A stretch of DNA of 63,526 nt, counting the filler, from Octopus bimaculoides (Eukaryota): the NCBI RefSeq assembly GCF_001194135.2. It is 5 parts of 5 records of this genome, joined end to end, with 100 filler letters (N's around TTAATTAATTAA, not from the genome) between each part and the next. Parts side by side here need not be neighbours in the genome. Positions count along the whole stretch, not along the records: positions 1 to 22,926 come from NC_069006.1; 4 more parts are not named here. The stretch is one strand, 5' to 3'. Of this stretch, positions 1 through 12,105 are shown in pieces. A program made the position numbers and the translations under genes. Position 1 is the first letter of the stretch. Each line of letters begins with the position of its first letter. The notes beneath the pieces were generated by a model. The model made no database searches and was not told the origin of the DNA. It was given only the letters and a program-made list of their open reading frames with translations.

Positions 1-23
1 TAATAATAATAATAATAATAATA

Positions 24-578
24 AATGCCTGGATGCAGTAACAGGCAGTGGCTCTCATGGCTTCTGATCTTAATTGATTGGAAGTGTTATCATGTACATT
101 GTTTTGTCTTGGTATAAAAAGATGGGCTACAGCAAATATTCTGCTTAATACCATAGCTTTGCTTGTCAGTTGTTTGACCTTAACCAGTTGAACATGTCCC
201 TTGGTGGCTGACGATATGTGCATCTCTGATCATGAGCAGAAGTAGTGGGGGAGCATCATAGCCATGTGTTGAGAGGAATTCTTTGGGGGTTTGAATAATT
301 CACCTTTGGAAACATGGGTGTTTCGTTCAACATCCTTAACTCTTATTCAAGGACTTTTCTAGTGGGATGCTAGTCGACCTGAAGAAAATTCTAACTGGGC
401 CCCACCTGCAAGGTCATGTGCTCTTTATCTTGATATGAGACCACTATGTCGCGCACATATGGTTGTGATGCATGTGCCTGGTGTACCCTTATCAGACGGG
501 TAGTCATGATGAGTATACTGGGGTTTGTATATTTGTACCCCAGTGTCACTTTGATGGCATGCCCTGCTCTCTCACTGA
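24..578 (+). mobile_element. ~555-bp non-coding interspersed repeat embedded in (AAT)n; probable SINE-like partner of R4/Dong LINE
   Basis: Flanked by (AAT)n on both sides; 3' end cactgaa(taa)n resembles the Dong 3' end tactgaac(aat)n at 4030-4050; partial copies at ~4270-4365, ~4785-4975 and ~56985-57030. Confidence 0.6.
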
Positions 579-632
579 ATAATAATAATAACAATAATAA
601 TAATAACAATAATAATAATAATAATAATAATA

Positions 633-1071
633 ATATTTGTTGACATTTTCTCTTTCTTTCTTGATAACATGTTGATCTGCTGGCACTGTCACATTGATTA
701 TTAGGAACTCTTGCTTGTTCCTCCTGAAGGCTACTATATCAGGCCTTTGGTGCTCTAGCACCTTTTCTGTCTGGGTGACCGGAAAATTGAGATCACCAAT
801 ATGTGGCAGCTGTGAGAGTCAAACATAAAGGTCGTTCTTCTTGTCATCAGAGCCGTGGGTTCAATACCACCTAACCTAAATAAACACCTGGGCACTTTAG
901 AATTACCCTACAATCTTGGTGGTGTGTTGTAAAGACCAGTTTTACTTGAAACTGCATAAAGTATTGTTTGTCTCAGGTTCTTGTTGTGACTTGACAGACA
1001 GTACAAACCTCCAGAAGACACAATATCTTCAATCTACATCATAATCTTGGATATATAGTAATATTAATAAT
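633..1071. mobile_element. R4/Dong-clade LINE 3' fragment with inverted 5' part (REL endonuclease)
   Basis: Minus strand 633-779 encodes VLEHQRPDIVAFRRNKQEFLIINVTVPADQHVIKKERENVNKY; plus strand from ~783 continues KIEITNMWQL*ESNIKVVLLVIRAVGSIPP...RPVLLETA*; degenerate taat tail near 1058-1071. Confidence 0.75.
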
Positions 1072-1419
1072 CCTTTCCGTTATAGACACATGGCCCCAAA
1101 TTTTGGTGGAAGAGGGCTACTCAATTGCCTCAATCCCTAGAACTTGATTGATATGTACTTCATTGACCCTCAAAGGGCAAAGTTGAAGGTGGGCACCTTG
1201 GCCAAGTGTCTTCTGCTATAGCCTTGCATGTATGAAAGACTGCAACTTTACTCTTTGCTTAATGCATCTTTTCAAGTACAGAAAATCGCCACATCTCCCC
1301 ATCCCTTGTCATTTCCCCAGTGAGGTCCAGTGTCCGAAGATCCTTTCTCACCACTTCATTCCCTGTCTTCTTGAGTCTACCCATATATATGTGTGTGTGT
1401 GTGTGTGTATGTATGTACA

Positions 1420-1578
1420 TGATGGGATTCTTTCAGTTTCTATCTACCAAATCCACTCGCAAAGATTTGTTCAGCCGAGAGATATAGTAGAAGAAATCTG
1501 CCCAAGGTGCCATGCAGTGGGACTGAACTCAGAACCATGTGGCTGGGAAGCAACCTTCTTACCACACAGCCATGCCTA
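1420..1578 (-). mobile_element. tRNA-head SINE (head part)
   Basis: Reverse complement shows A-box-like GGCTGTGTGG and B-box-like AGTTCAGTCCC; many copies in this window. Confidence 0.75.
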
Positions 1579-1691
1579 CACCTTTTCACAATACTTATCT
1601 TGTCATGGATATATGAATTACTTCAATGAATTTGAGAACTTAACGAAAGTTTCTTTGAAAGTATCTTATTTTTATCTCTGGAAATTGAATA

Positions 1692-1910
1692 CAGTAATCT
1701 CGCACCATAGCGTGGTTCACCTATCGCAGTTTATCGTTTAAGCTTATGTTGATTCCTCCGTGGTGTTGTTTTTCATTTATAATAAAATAAATATATACAA
1801 ATTATAAAAATAATTTTAAAAATACAGTACAGTACTGTTTCTACTTCGTGGATTTTCGTCTATTGCAGGGCTTTTGGAACGTAACACCTGCAATTGTCAA
1901 TGATTTACTG
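1692..1910. mobile_element. Tc1/mariner (Tigger/pogo-like) MITE
   Basis: TA|CAGTAATC ... GATTTACTG|TA: short TIR with TA target duplication. Confidence 0.55.
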
Positions 1911-2267
1911 TATTGTCTGAGCACATTGAGGAGTTTACAGAAGATTTATTGGCAAGCTGACAGCATGGTCAGAGCATCAGAAAATATGGTTTGTGGTATT
2001 TCATTCTTTCTCTTAATGCCCTGTATTCAAATACTGCTGAGGTCAACATTTAGCATTGATAAAATAATGTACCAGTTGAATACTAGGTACTAACGATTCT
2101 ACCAGGTCGCCAACTAGTCAATTGATAATTCTAAGAAGTGAAACAGAACCAGTGCATGTGTTTATTATTGGCATTATGACCCTCCCAAGATACAACAAAA
2201 TCTGTTTCAACACATGAGTTCACATTTAGAATTTTGCAAACCAAATACATAAGCTAAGTTCTGTTAA

Positions 2268-2488
2268 CCCTTTAGCATTTAAACTGGCCATATCAGACCC
2301 AAAGATTCGTCCTATGTTCTGTTGGAAATGATCAGATATCAGCCTATCAAGAATACCTTACAAAGTTATTCTAGAAATAAACAATCACATGATTAAAATC
2401 TCAAAATGGAAACATAGTACATAATTAATTCAAAAGAATATGAATCAATAATTATTACATTTGACTGAGTAATCTAAATGCTAAAGGG
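2268..2488. mobile_element. piggyBac-type MITE
   Basis: TTAA|CCCTTTAGCATTTA ... TAAATGCTAAAGGG|TTAA: 14-bp perfect TIR with TTAA TSD. Confidence 0.85.
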
Positions 2489-2849
2489 TTAATTGCTTTC
2501 TTGTCTTAAAAGAAACCCAACTGACTTATTTCTAGATCATGAACATTAAATGTCAAAGGGAAATATGTGGTTTGCGTGCCATTGTTTCGCCACACTCCTG
2601 ACTAACCTAGGATGAAACGCCAGAAATTACTTCTATCCAGAGTTGCCTCCCATGCTTCTCCAAAAAAACAGCAAAATGCTATTTAACACTGGCAGTGTCA
2701 TCGTTTTTGCATTTGGTTGGCAACGTTCTTGATGTGAATTCTTTGTGTTGAAACAAATCTTGTTGTGTCTTGGGAGGGTCATTATGCCAACAACAACAAC
2801 AATAATAATAATAAGAAGAAGAAGAAGAAGAAGAAGAAATCAATCTACC

Positions 2850-4246
2850 TAACAAATACGAAGAAGAAGAAGAAGAAACAACAAAAGCTATAAAACAAAT
2901 GAAATCCAAACTAAAACTAGAACAGCAACGGACCATGATAAAACGATGGCAAGAAAAGCCCCTACATGGTAAATACTGGGCTAAACTAAATGCGAAAGAA
3001 ATAGACAGAGAAAAATCCCAGCAATGGCTGAGAAGCTCAGGACTCNNNNNNNNNNNNNNNNNNNNNNNNNNNNNNNNNNNNNNNNNNNNNNNNNNNNNNN
3101 NNNNNNNNNNNNNNNNNNNNNNNNNNNNNNNNNNNNNNNNNNNNNNNNNNNNNNNNNNNNNNNNNNNNNNNNNNNNNNNNNNNNNNNNNNNNNNNNNNNN
3201 NNNNNNNNNNNNNNNNNNNNNNNNNNNNNNNNNNNNNNNNNNNNNNNNNNNNNNNNNNNNNNNNNNNNNNNNNNNNNNNNNNNNNNNNNNNNNNNNNNNN
3301 NNNNNNNNNNNNNNNNNNNNNNNNNNNNNNNNNNNNNNNNNNNNNNNNNNNNNNNNNNNNNNNNNNNNNNNNNNNNNNNNNNNNNNNNNNNNNNNNNNNN
3401 NNNNNNNNNNNNNNNNNNNNNNNNNNNNNNNNNNNNNNNNNNNNNNNNNNNNNNNNNNNNNNNNNNNNNNNNNNNNNNNNNNNNNNNNNNNNNNNNNNNN
3501 NNNNNNNNNNNNNNNNNNNNNNNNNNNNNNNNNNNNNNNNNNNNNNNNNNNNNNNNNNNNNNNNNNNNNNNNNNNNNNNNNNNNNNNNNNNNNNNNNNNN
3601 NNNNNNNNNNNNNNNNNNNNNNNNNNNNNNNNNNNNNNNNNNNNNNNNNNNNNNNNNNNNNNNNNNNNNNNNNNNNNNNNNNNNNNNNNNNNNNNNNNNN
3701 NNNNNNNNNNNNNNNNNNNNNNNNNNNNNNNNNNNNNNNNNNNNNNNNNNNNNNNNNNNNNNNNNNNNNNNNNNNNNNNNNNNNNNNNNNNNNNNNNNNN
3801 NNNNNNNNNNNNNNNNNNNNNNNNNNNNNNNNNNNNNNNNNNNNNNNNNNNNNNNNNNNNNNNNNNNNNNNNNNNNNNNNNNNNNNNNNNNNNNNNNNNN
3901 NNNNNNNNNNNNNNNNNNNNNNNNNNNNNNNNNNNNNNNNNNNNNNNNNNNNNNNNNNNNNNNNNNNNNNNNNNNNNNNNNNNNNNNNNNNNNNNNNNNN
4001 NNNNNNNNNNAAGCACGTTATAAAAATAAAACTACTGAACAATAATAATAATATATAACATACAGAAAATTGCACTACTGGGTACTGAACACATTCTACG
4101 CAAAACACTTTCAATACAGTAAACATAAGAGCTCCACAGCAAACCACAGCACATACCCAAGGCGCACAGAGCTGCGCTCGGTAGTGAAGTGAAAGCACGT
4201 TATAAAAATAAAACTACTGAACAATAATAATAATAATAATAATAAT
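2850..4246 (+). mobile_element. R4/Dong LINE 3' part spanning a gap, plus a second short 5'-truncated copy inserted in its (AAT)n tail
   Basis: KRWQEKPLHGKYWAKLNAKEIDREKSQQWLRSSGL before the gap; terminus agcacgttataaaaataaaactactgaac(aat)n at 4012-4052 and again at 4194-4246; between them IQKIALLGTEHILRKTLSIQ* (4060-4122). Confidence 0.8.
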
Positions 4247-4974
4247 GATGATGATGATGATAATAAATATCCGGATGCAGTACCAGACAGTGGCTCTCAT
4301 GGCTTCTGATCTTACTAATTGGAAGTGTTATCATGTATGTTGTTTTGTCTTGGTATAAAACAGGGATGGGCAACTTTTCGTCAACTGGGGGCTGCATCAT
4401 ACCATTTCCAAGTGAGAGAGGGCCGCCAGATAAAACACATATGCATGAAATATTACTTGCTAATTTTACACTGAATTTTTTGCAGTTCTTTTTAGTATGA
4501 AAATTTACATTAAGCTGGTATCTCTTTTATTGTTTCCTAATGATAATAATGATGATTATTAGTGTAAATAAATTACAGTTTAAAATATTGAGGTCAAAAA
4601 AGAAAAAGAAAATTCATTGATATTTTATTAAAGAACAAATTTCATTATCTGTAACAATGAGATTTTTGCACATTCACATTTTTTACCATATTTTCAATAT
4701 TAGGCAGAATTTGAGAAGTCACTACTCTTAGGTTATGCTGCAAATTAGTAACCTAGAAACTCGTCGAGGTTTGCAGGTTGCCCATGTATGGTATAAAGGA
4801 TGGGCTACAGCAAATATTATGCACAATACCACAGATATAATTGTCAGTTGAACATGTCTCTTAGTGGCTGACGATATGTGCATCTCTGATCATGAGCAGA
4901 AGTAGAGGGGGGGGCGCATCACAGCCATGTGTTGAGAGGAATTCTTTAGGGTTTGGATAATTCACCTTTGGGAA

Positions 4975-5195
<221 letters not shown>

Positions 5196-5789
5196 TACAC
5201 ACTGCACCAGTGAGTGAGTTATTATTAATGACATAATGACTCTCACAAGACACAAGAATGAGAGTTAATTTAGCTATTCAAGAAGGAACAAAAACTATAT
5301 TCATTATTTATTTCTTATTGTATTATTATGAAGTGCCAAAACGATTTGTTATCACATTTCTACAATCTAGTTGCTGATATTATTATCATCTTCCTTTAAA
5401 TTCTATATTCCATGCTGGCATTTGTTGGACAATTTGGCAGGACTCAACAGGTGTATGAAACTACAGCATGCTCCAGTGCTTGCTACAGCATGGTTTCTAC
5501 AGCTGAATGCCTTCCTAAACACCAACCATTGTACAGTTTGTTTTCGGTGAATTTTTTTTTTTTTTTTTTCATGGTACCAGAAGGACTCACAATACAAGAC
5601 TCTTTCACCTGGGAAAATATCACAGAGGAACAAGTGTCTTGCTGAAGAGAGAGAGAAAGTGGGGGGCATACTCTCAAGATACAAGATGAATATGAGAGAA
5701 TAGTGATAGAGGAACAGGAAGGATGGGTGAATAAGTGTAGTGATTGAAAAATATTTAAATAACATGCATTTTAAAGAGAGTTAGGAGGA

Positions 5790-6115
5790 AACAAAGTCTA
5801 GAGGAGCGTATTTTTTTATCTTTTACTTAACTGAATCAACCCCAGTACTTATTTTCTCTTAAGCCTATTATTCTGTCCGCCTCTTTTGTCGAACTGCTAA
5901 GTTACGCGGACGTAAACACACCAATACCAGTTGTCAAGCAGTGGTGAGGAACATACACACATATATTTGACGGGCTTTTTATAAATTTCCGTCTACCAAA
6001 CCTGCTTAAAGGTTTTGTTCGGTCCGAGGCTATAGTAGAAGACACTAGCCTAGGGTGCCACGCAGTGGGACTGAACCCGGAACCATGTAGTTAGAAAGCA
6101 AGCTTCTTACCACAC
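5790..6115 (-). mobile_element. tRNA-head SINE with internal CA/TA tract and tail
   Basis: Same head and tail modules as the 20880-21260 copy, in reverse. Confidence 0.7.
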
Positions 6116-6224
6116 GACAAAAGGGCATCGAGTCGTGCCACACACTGTTGTTTGGCTGCGAAGTGGTATCCCAGCAAAATTTCATTGAAACAATAAATTA
6201 TATCTATGTCCATATTCAATTATT

Positions 6225-6316
6225 GGCAGAGGTAAAGAATACGTACACCACCCGTTTTCGGCGTAACAAAAGACCCTAGCCCTAACCACCGGGTGTATGT
6301 ATTCTTTACTTTTGCC
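6225..6316. mobile_element. ~92-bp TIR element with telomere-like core
   Basis: GGCAGAGGTAAAGAATACGTACACC matches the reverse complement of GGTGTATGTATTCTTTACTTTTGCC (3 mismatches in 25); core contains ccctagccctaacc. Confidence 0.6.
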
Positions 6317-6829
6317 CTATTATCTACACCAAAGCCTGATTCATTAGACTAATAGTACTTTACTCTTATTCATAGAAACCTAATTTTTCTTAAATATTAC
6401 ACCTTTTCCTTTCCTATAAGGTATGGGACTTCGAAGGCGAGCGATGCCGAAAACCTGCCTTCGCCTCCCCGCACTGAGCTGTATTAAATATGAACCAAAA
6501 ATTATTACAACCGTGCATCTATTAATACCAAACATTCCTGCAGTTAGCAGGTTTTATCTGGTCTATGAATGCATCGTTCGAACCATCTAGCAGCAGTGAA
6601 AATGATTCAGAACTGCATCTCCATATGTCACAGAAACAAAGGTAAACAACATCTCACATAATTGAGGGCACATGTTGGAAGTGAACCGAAAAAATCGAAA
6701 CGGAAACAACGAAACGCATCTTCCTTTCCTTTATTATATAGCGATATACTTAAGTATGGTGTGTATATTATGGGTACTGGGTTTTAATATACTTTTCAAA
6801 ATCTTAATTGAATTTATATATATATAGGT

Positions 6830-6871
<42 letters not shown>

Positions 6872-7019
6872 GCATACCTACACGTGTGTCCACCCCGAAA
6901 GCAGTTTGCTGACGTAAAATTCACGTTTACGGAAAAACGTAACAGTCATTGATGCACAAAATGAGATTCGTGAATAGTTTTTCACGATCTCTAAATTTGT
7001 TTCGCCACACATGCTCATG

Positions 7020-7960
7020 AAATTACAATGTAAACAAATCATCGCTAGTTCCACATCGTCGCCTCAGTTTCTTCTTGGCAAGCATCTATCGCCCGTTTTG
7101 CAGTACGTGTGTAGATGCTGTCATCGTTTGGGTCAATGAAATTCAGTGAATGGTTGACAACTTGAGTATAGAAGTTGTTCAGGCTCATATAAGAAGCACG
7201 CCTGTCGGATATCAAACGTGTAATAGCAATATCCATTGCCTAATAATAAGCAGCGATCGGGGACCTCAATCAAGCAGCAATTTCCTGTACCCCTTTCTAC
7301 AGCACTAAACACCCAACGCCCTTCATACCATTCTCCTCGGTGATATTTCCCATGAATATATTTCGATTTATCTATTCCCACAGTAACTGGACATCCTGCA
7401 TCATCCAGTTGCTGTTCATGAGCTTTCAAGTGTTGCTCACATACATTTTTGAAGAAATTACACCATTCAACCATGGTGTTATTATTTGCAGCTCAACAAT
7501 CATTTCATTCCGCGGACAGCCTCTTTCCTACAAATACATTAACTGAAGTATGATTAAATAGATCCACATGGCTCTTCTTTAAAAAAAAAAGAAGGTAACT
7601 GGCTCGTATATCCTAGCGAATCCACAAGAACAACACCACCTCCTCCTCCTCCCGTCCGTTATGTATCTGCAGCACATTAATCATGCAGGACTATTAAATC
7701 GCTGCTACATAACTGTGTTGGCTATCATGCGTCGACATGCTAGCCACCGATTTGCCTCCTCGGCAGAGTTCGCTGCTGGGTATATTATATTCGAACGGTG
7801 TACCTCAGCTGTCATTTGTCAAATTCTCAAAACATCGTTAGAATTTTCACTATAGGGGTCTGTGGGGAAACTCCATGTCAATTCTAACAGCGAGGGAGTT
7901 GTTTCTGTTGTTTTTATGAAATTCTGGGACGTCAATGTCGTCACTTTCATTTCTTTTAGA
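7020..7960 (-). mobile_element. Decayed Merlin (IS1595/ISXO2-like) DDE transposase
   Basis: VTVGIDKSKYIHGKYHRGEWYEGRWVFSAVERGTGNCCLIEVPDR, then ISDRRASY and VNHSLNFIDP; frameshifted. Confidence 0.75.
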
Positions 7961-8525
7961 ACATATTTTACTTTCTGTTTCTTTTCCTTTTTCACTAATT
8001 TCATTCTGTCACTTGTTTCAATCATTTGACTGCGGCCATGCAGGAGCACCGCCTTGAATTTTGTTTTACTTTTTAATTTTCTACTAACTGAAATTTTTAT
8101 TGAGCAACATATTTTCACAAGAAGAAAAGAAAGAAAAAACTAAAAGTACAAAAGATTAAATTATCGTGACCCCCACCCACCCCATTGACTTCAACAATGA
8201 AACAAAGAAAAAAAGAGGAATAGGGAGGCGAATTAAGCTGCAAAAGATGGGGGAAGGGAGTAACAGGTTGTACACCCCAGTCCGAATGGTATGTTCTGCC
8301 GTGCCTTGCGAACATAATTACAAACACATTGCTGCAGAGAATGATGGCGTGGGACACTGGCGGCAACAGCCAACCCACTTTATGGGGGTCATTTCTCAGA
8401 TGGGCTTCTGTCATCCCCTGATTTTGTGAAAGAAATCGGCAATGGTGGGGTCTGAGAACACCTGAAGGCTCAATGGCAACCAGGACAGACAGACAGGGGC
8501 TGGTCATGCTCCTGGACTTACTTAA

Positions 8526-8748
8526 CCCCTTAGTATTCAAACTGGCTATATCTGGTAGCAAAATATTCGACCAATTTTATGGTCAATCTAACTAAATCAG
8601 GCTCCTCATTTCTACTCTATAATGTCATTCTAAAAATAATCAATCACATCATCAAAATCTCACAGCTGCAAGATAGTGTATGGTTAATTCAGAATAATGG
8701 GAATAAATGAGCATTACAGTCGACAAAAGAAATCTAAGTGGCAAAGGA
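8526..8748. mobile_element. Second, more diverged piggyBac-type MITE of the 2268-2488 family
   Basis: TTAA|CCCCTTAGTATTCAAAC ... GGCAAAGGA|TTAA; internal similarity to the first copy. Confidence 0.75.
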
Positions 8749-8754
8749 TTAACT

Positions 8755-10470
8755 TCCTCTCTTCTGCATTTTGGGTGGTGACACCTGGGTTTTCAGCCAA
8801 TGTGACAAGGATGGAGATGGAGAATGTGTCACAGCATATCACATCCCAGATTGGGGACTTACCTCCCTCATATATGAAGAGGGTTATTCCATCAAGGCAC
8901 TTACCATTGCTGTGGTGGACCTGCTGGCTCCAGTTGTGATGGGCCCTTCTGATGATGTCATTCAGAGTGGGGTGTCGAAGGAACCAGGCCATGCTATGAC
9001 TGCAGGATAATGGATGCAGGCTGAATTCATCAACTACAGCTCCACAACAACATTTGTGCAGCTCACACATTCAGAGACCAAGGCACTGGGGCACTCCAAT
9101 ACAAGTGCACACATTCAGAGACCAAGGCGCTGGGGCACTCCAATACAAGTGCACTCATTATCAAGAAGTGTACTGGTTGATGAGGAAGGCACCAGATTCA
9201 GCTACATGTTGCTGTTTCATTGCAAAGTGGAACAGAAGCAGGCAAGGTGGGGCTGGTCCAAGGAAGTGTCAGTCTGCCTGAAAGTAGATTTGCACTTGAT
9301 GTTGTCCCAGTCGCATTGGACATCTGTATTCTGGAGGAAAGTGAGGCCTTCAATGGTCCAATTGACCAGAGCTCATGCCAGTTCCCGGGCCACACTGGGT
9401 TCAGCCATCCTGCAGGGTACCTTGCTGATGAGGTTGCAGTTGGAGGAGATTGGAAAGATAGGCTGGCAGTGCCAATTCCACCAAATTTTACTGGTAGTTC
9501 CACTTGTTACCATCTGGGCCATCAAAACTAACATTGCAGATCAGCACAGCTCTGGATGGTGGTATTGATTTCACTGAAGTGATTCTGCAAGAAAAGGGGC
9601 TTAAGCAGGGCAAAGCAATTCAAGAGGAAGAGTGCTAGGTGTGCATCTATGAGGTGAAATCTCTTCATCCGCCTGGACAGGTCTGTAAGCTTGGTGTTCA
9701 GGCACTTTCTTATAGCTTCAGGAGCATTGGGAAGCCAGGAATGTATATGATATCCTTTGGCATCTGATAAGCTCCCACCAAGATGAGTGTGTATACTGAG
9801 TATAGTGTCCTGGAAATTAACCTCACTACAACTCACATTTATTAGCTCCAGCTGGGGCTGGTTGCTCTCAAGCCTGAGAAGTTTTAAAACTGGAATAACT
9901 TGCTGAAGGTCCCCAACAACAGATTCAGCCAAGCCATCCAGGGTTATGTCATCCAGGTACCAGACATTGAAGGGCTAACAGACTAATGAAGCAAAATCAG
10001 CAACAGCCAATGCCAAAAAGGAACATGTGTCCAGCAGGTCACCCTGCTAGACACATGCAGCAGAAGCAATTCTGTTCACAGCAGCCATGAGTGTGCTGGG
10101 TGTTCTGTATGAGTGGTATGCAAGTGGGTGTAATGAGGGGGCATGTCTTCAAGATGTGGTCCCGCCTAATACTGTTGAAGACATTTTTTATGTCTAGTTT
10201 CCATAAGAGGCAAGGGAGGGAGGCTTATGCTGTATGTAATGTCTGACCACATGGGCAGTAGCCTCACATCCTCACTCAACTCCCTCCCAGCCCTAGTTTA
10301 ATACCTCACTCAGGTCATCCCTTACTGATCTGTACGGAATCCTGTCCACAAGTCATCAAAAGTCATTGGAAGGAGACTGTCATCCTTCTTCTTCAGTTCA
10401 GTCAGGTTGGCTGAGAAGAGAAGATCTCAGGCGTGGTGGGGTAGATCCGCTCAAAGAAGACTGTCCCTCA
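8755..10470 (-). mobile_element. Decayed CRE-like non-LTR retrotransposon (RT + Zn knuckle + REL endonuclease)
   Basis: QGDLLD and WYLDDITL RT motifs; LPVKFGGIG; CCCGAVVDEFSLHPLSC; DGITLFIYEGGKSPIWDVICCDT. Confidence 0.7.
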
Positions 10471-10498
10471 GAGCAGTGAGAGCTTAACAGTGACCTTT

Positions 10499-11235
10499 AT
10501 GAGGCAGTGTATTGAGTGACATCACTGTGTTTACTTCACAAGTTGTGAAATTTGAGGTTTTTGTGATCACGTGTAGGCTGTAGTCTATGATTTTTGTCAT
10601 GGACAGGAAATTGGAACAAAGAGCCAACATGAAATTTTGTGTTAAACTTGCTACAGAGTCATTGAACATGCTTTGGCAAGCTTATGACAATGAGGCAATA
10701 GGTCATATGCAATGTTTCGAGTGGCTTGGGTGCTTCAAAAGCAGAAGAATGTCCCTGGAGGATGATGGGCGATCTGGAAGACCTGCAACAAGCATCACTC
10801 CTAGAAATGTAGTATTGTGCATTGGGAATTCACTCCCCACCCACCAGGTTAAACTGTCAATCGAGAGTTCGACTGTGATATTCTGAAACATTTGAGGGAG
10901 GGCAGCCGATGAAAGTGAATGGATTTGTGGAGCATGAAGAATTGTATTCTTCACAATGACAATACACTCTGTCACTGAGCTCTCCTCACTCGTAAATTTC
11001 TCATCAAAAACATGGTATTGCTTCTGTGTCTGCCCTATTTACCAGATTTAGTACCTACAGACTTCCGACTTTTCCCCAAGAAGAAAATGCAGCTCAAAGG
11101 TCCTTGTTTTAACACCATTGTCAAAATCCAGAGCAAATTGCAGAAGTTCCTCAACTCACTTACGGAAAATGACTTCCAGGCTGGATTCCAAATGTGGCGG
11201 GAACGCTGAAACCGGTGTATTGCTGCACAAGGTCA
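10499..11235 (+). mobile_element. Internally deleted mariner transposase
   Basis: MDRKLEQRANMKFCVKL...SLEDDGRSGRP (HTH) fused to PYLPDLVPTDFRLFPK...FQMWRER*NRCIAAQG. Confidence 0.85.
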
Positions 11236-11255
11236 TGATGTTAAAATTTAAGCAA

Positions 11256-12040
11256 TCATCATCATCATCGTCATTTAACATCCGTTTTACATGCTGGCAT
11301 GGGTTGGATGGTTTGACCGAGAACTGGCAAGCCAGGAGGCTGCACCAGGCTCCAATCTGATTTGGTAAGGTTTCTACAGCTGGATGCCCTTCCTAATGCC
11401 AACCACTCTGAGAATGTAGTGGGTGCTTTTACATGCCACCAGCACAGGAGCCAGTCAGGCAGTACTGGCATCGGTCACACTCAAATGGTGCTTTTTATGT
11501 GCCAGTCAGGTGGTCTGGGTGCCAGCCAAGCAACACTGTCATCAGCCACGTCTATGATTTCTCTCCATTCAACAGGTTTTCACAAGCATGGCATATTGAC
11601 ATAATTCACGAATCAGTTTATCTGAACCTTGGAATAAACTTTTAAATGGGCCAGTTATGCAACACTGGCATTGGCCACAGCTACAGTCTCACTTGGCTTG
11701 CCGGGCTTTCTCAAACACAGCATGTCTTCAAAGGTCTCAGTTGCTTGTCATTGCCTCTTTGAAGCCCAATGTTCGAAGGTCGTGCTTCAGCACCTCAATC
11801 CCATGTCTTCCTGGGTCTACCTCATCCACAGTTTCCCGCCACTGTTAGGGTGTAAGTAACACTTCTTCACACACCTGTCCTCATCCATACGCATCACATG
11901 ACCGTACCAGCGCAGTCGTCTCTCTTGCACACCACATCTGATGCTTCTTATGTCCAACTTTTCTCTCAGGGAATTTACACTCTTGTGTATGCACACTGAC
12001 ATTACACATCCAGCTGAGCATACTGGCTTCATTTCTTTCA
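11256..12040 (-). mobile_element. RTE LINE 3' end and RTE-tail/SINE module with (GAT)n tail
   Basis: LREKLDIRSIRCGVQERRLRWYGHVMRMDEDRCVKKC; 3' module ends in (gat)n at ~11256-11270. Confidence 0.8.
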
Positions 12041-12046
12041 AGCCTA

Positions 12047-12094
12047 CACAAGATGAAGATAAATATCCGTCAAATGTAAATAATGTAAATAATG
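12047..12094 (+). mobile_element. Terminal scrap of the Penelope family at 57699-59431
   Basis: acaagatgaagataaatatccgtcaaatgtaaataatgtaaataatgt is near-identical to ~59354-59401. Confidence 0.7.
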
Positions 12095-12105
12095 TGAAAT
12101 TGTGT

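Noticed and set aside
2679-4198. Long ORFs in the ORF track (also at 12.7-13.7, 27.8-30.2, 43.0-44.6, 51.3-53.7 and 62.2-62.7 kb)
   Set aside because: They run through N gaps and microsatellites; not real coding sequence.
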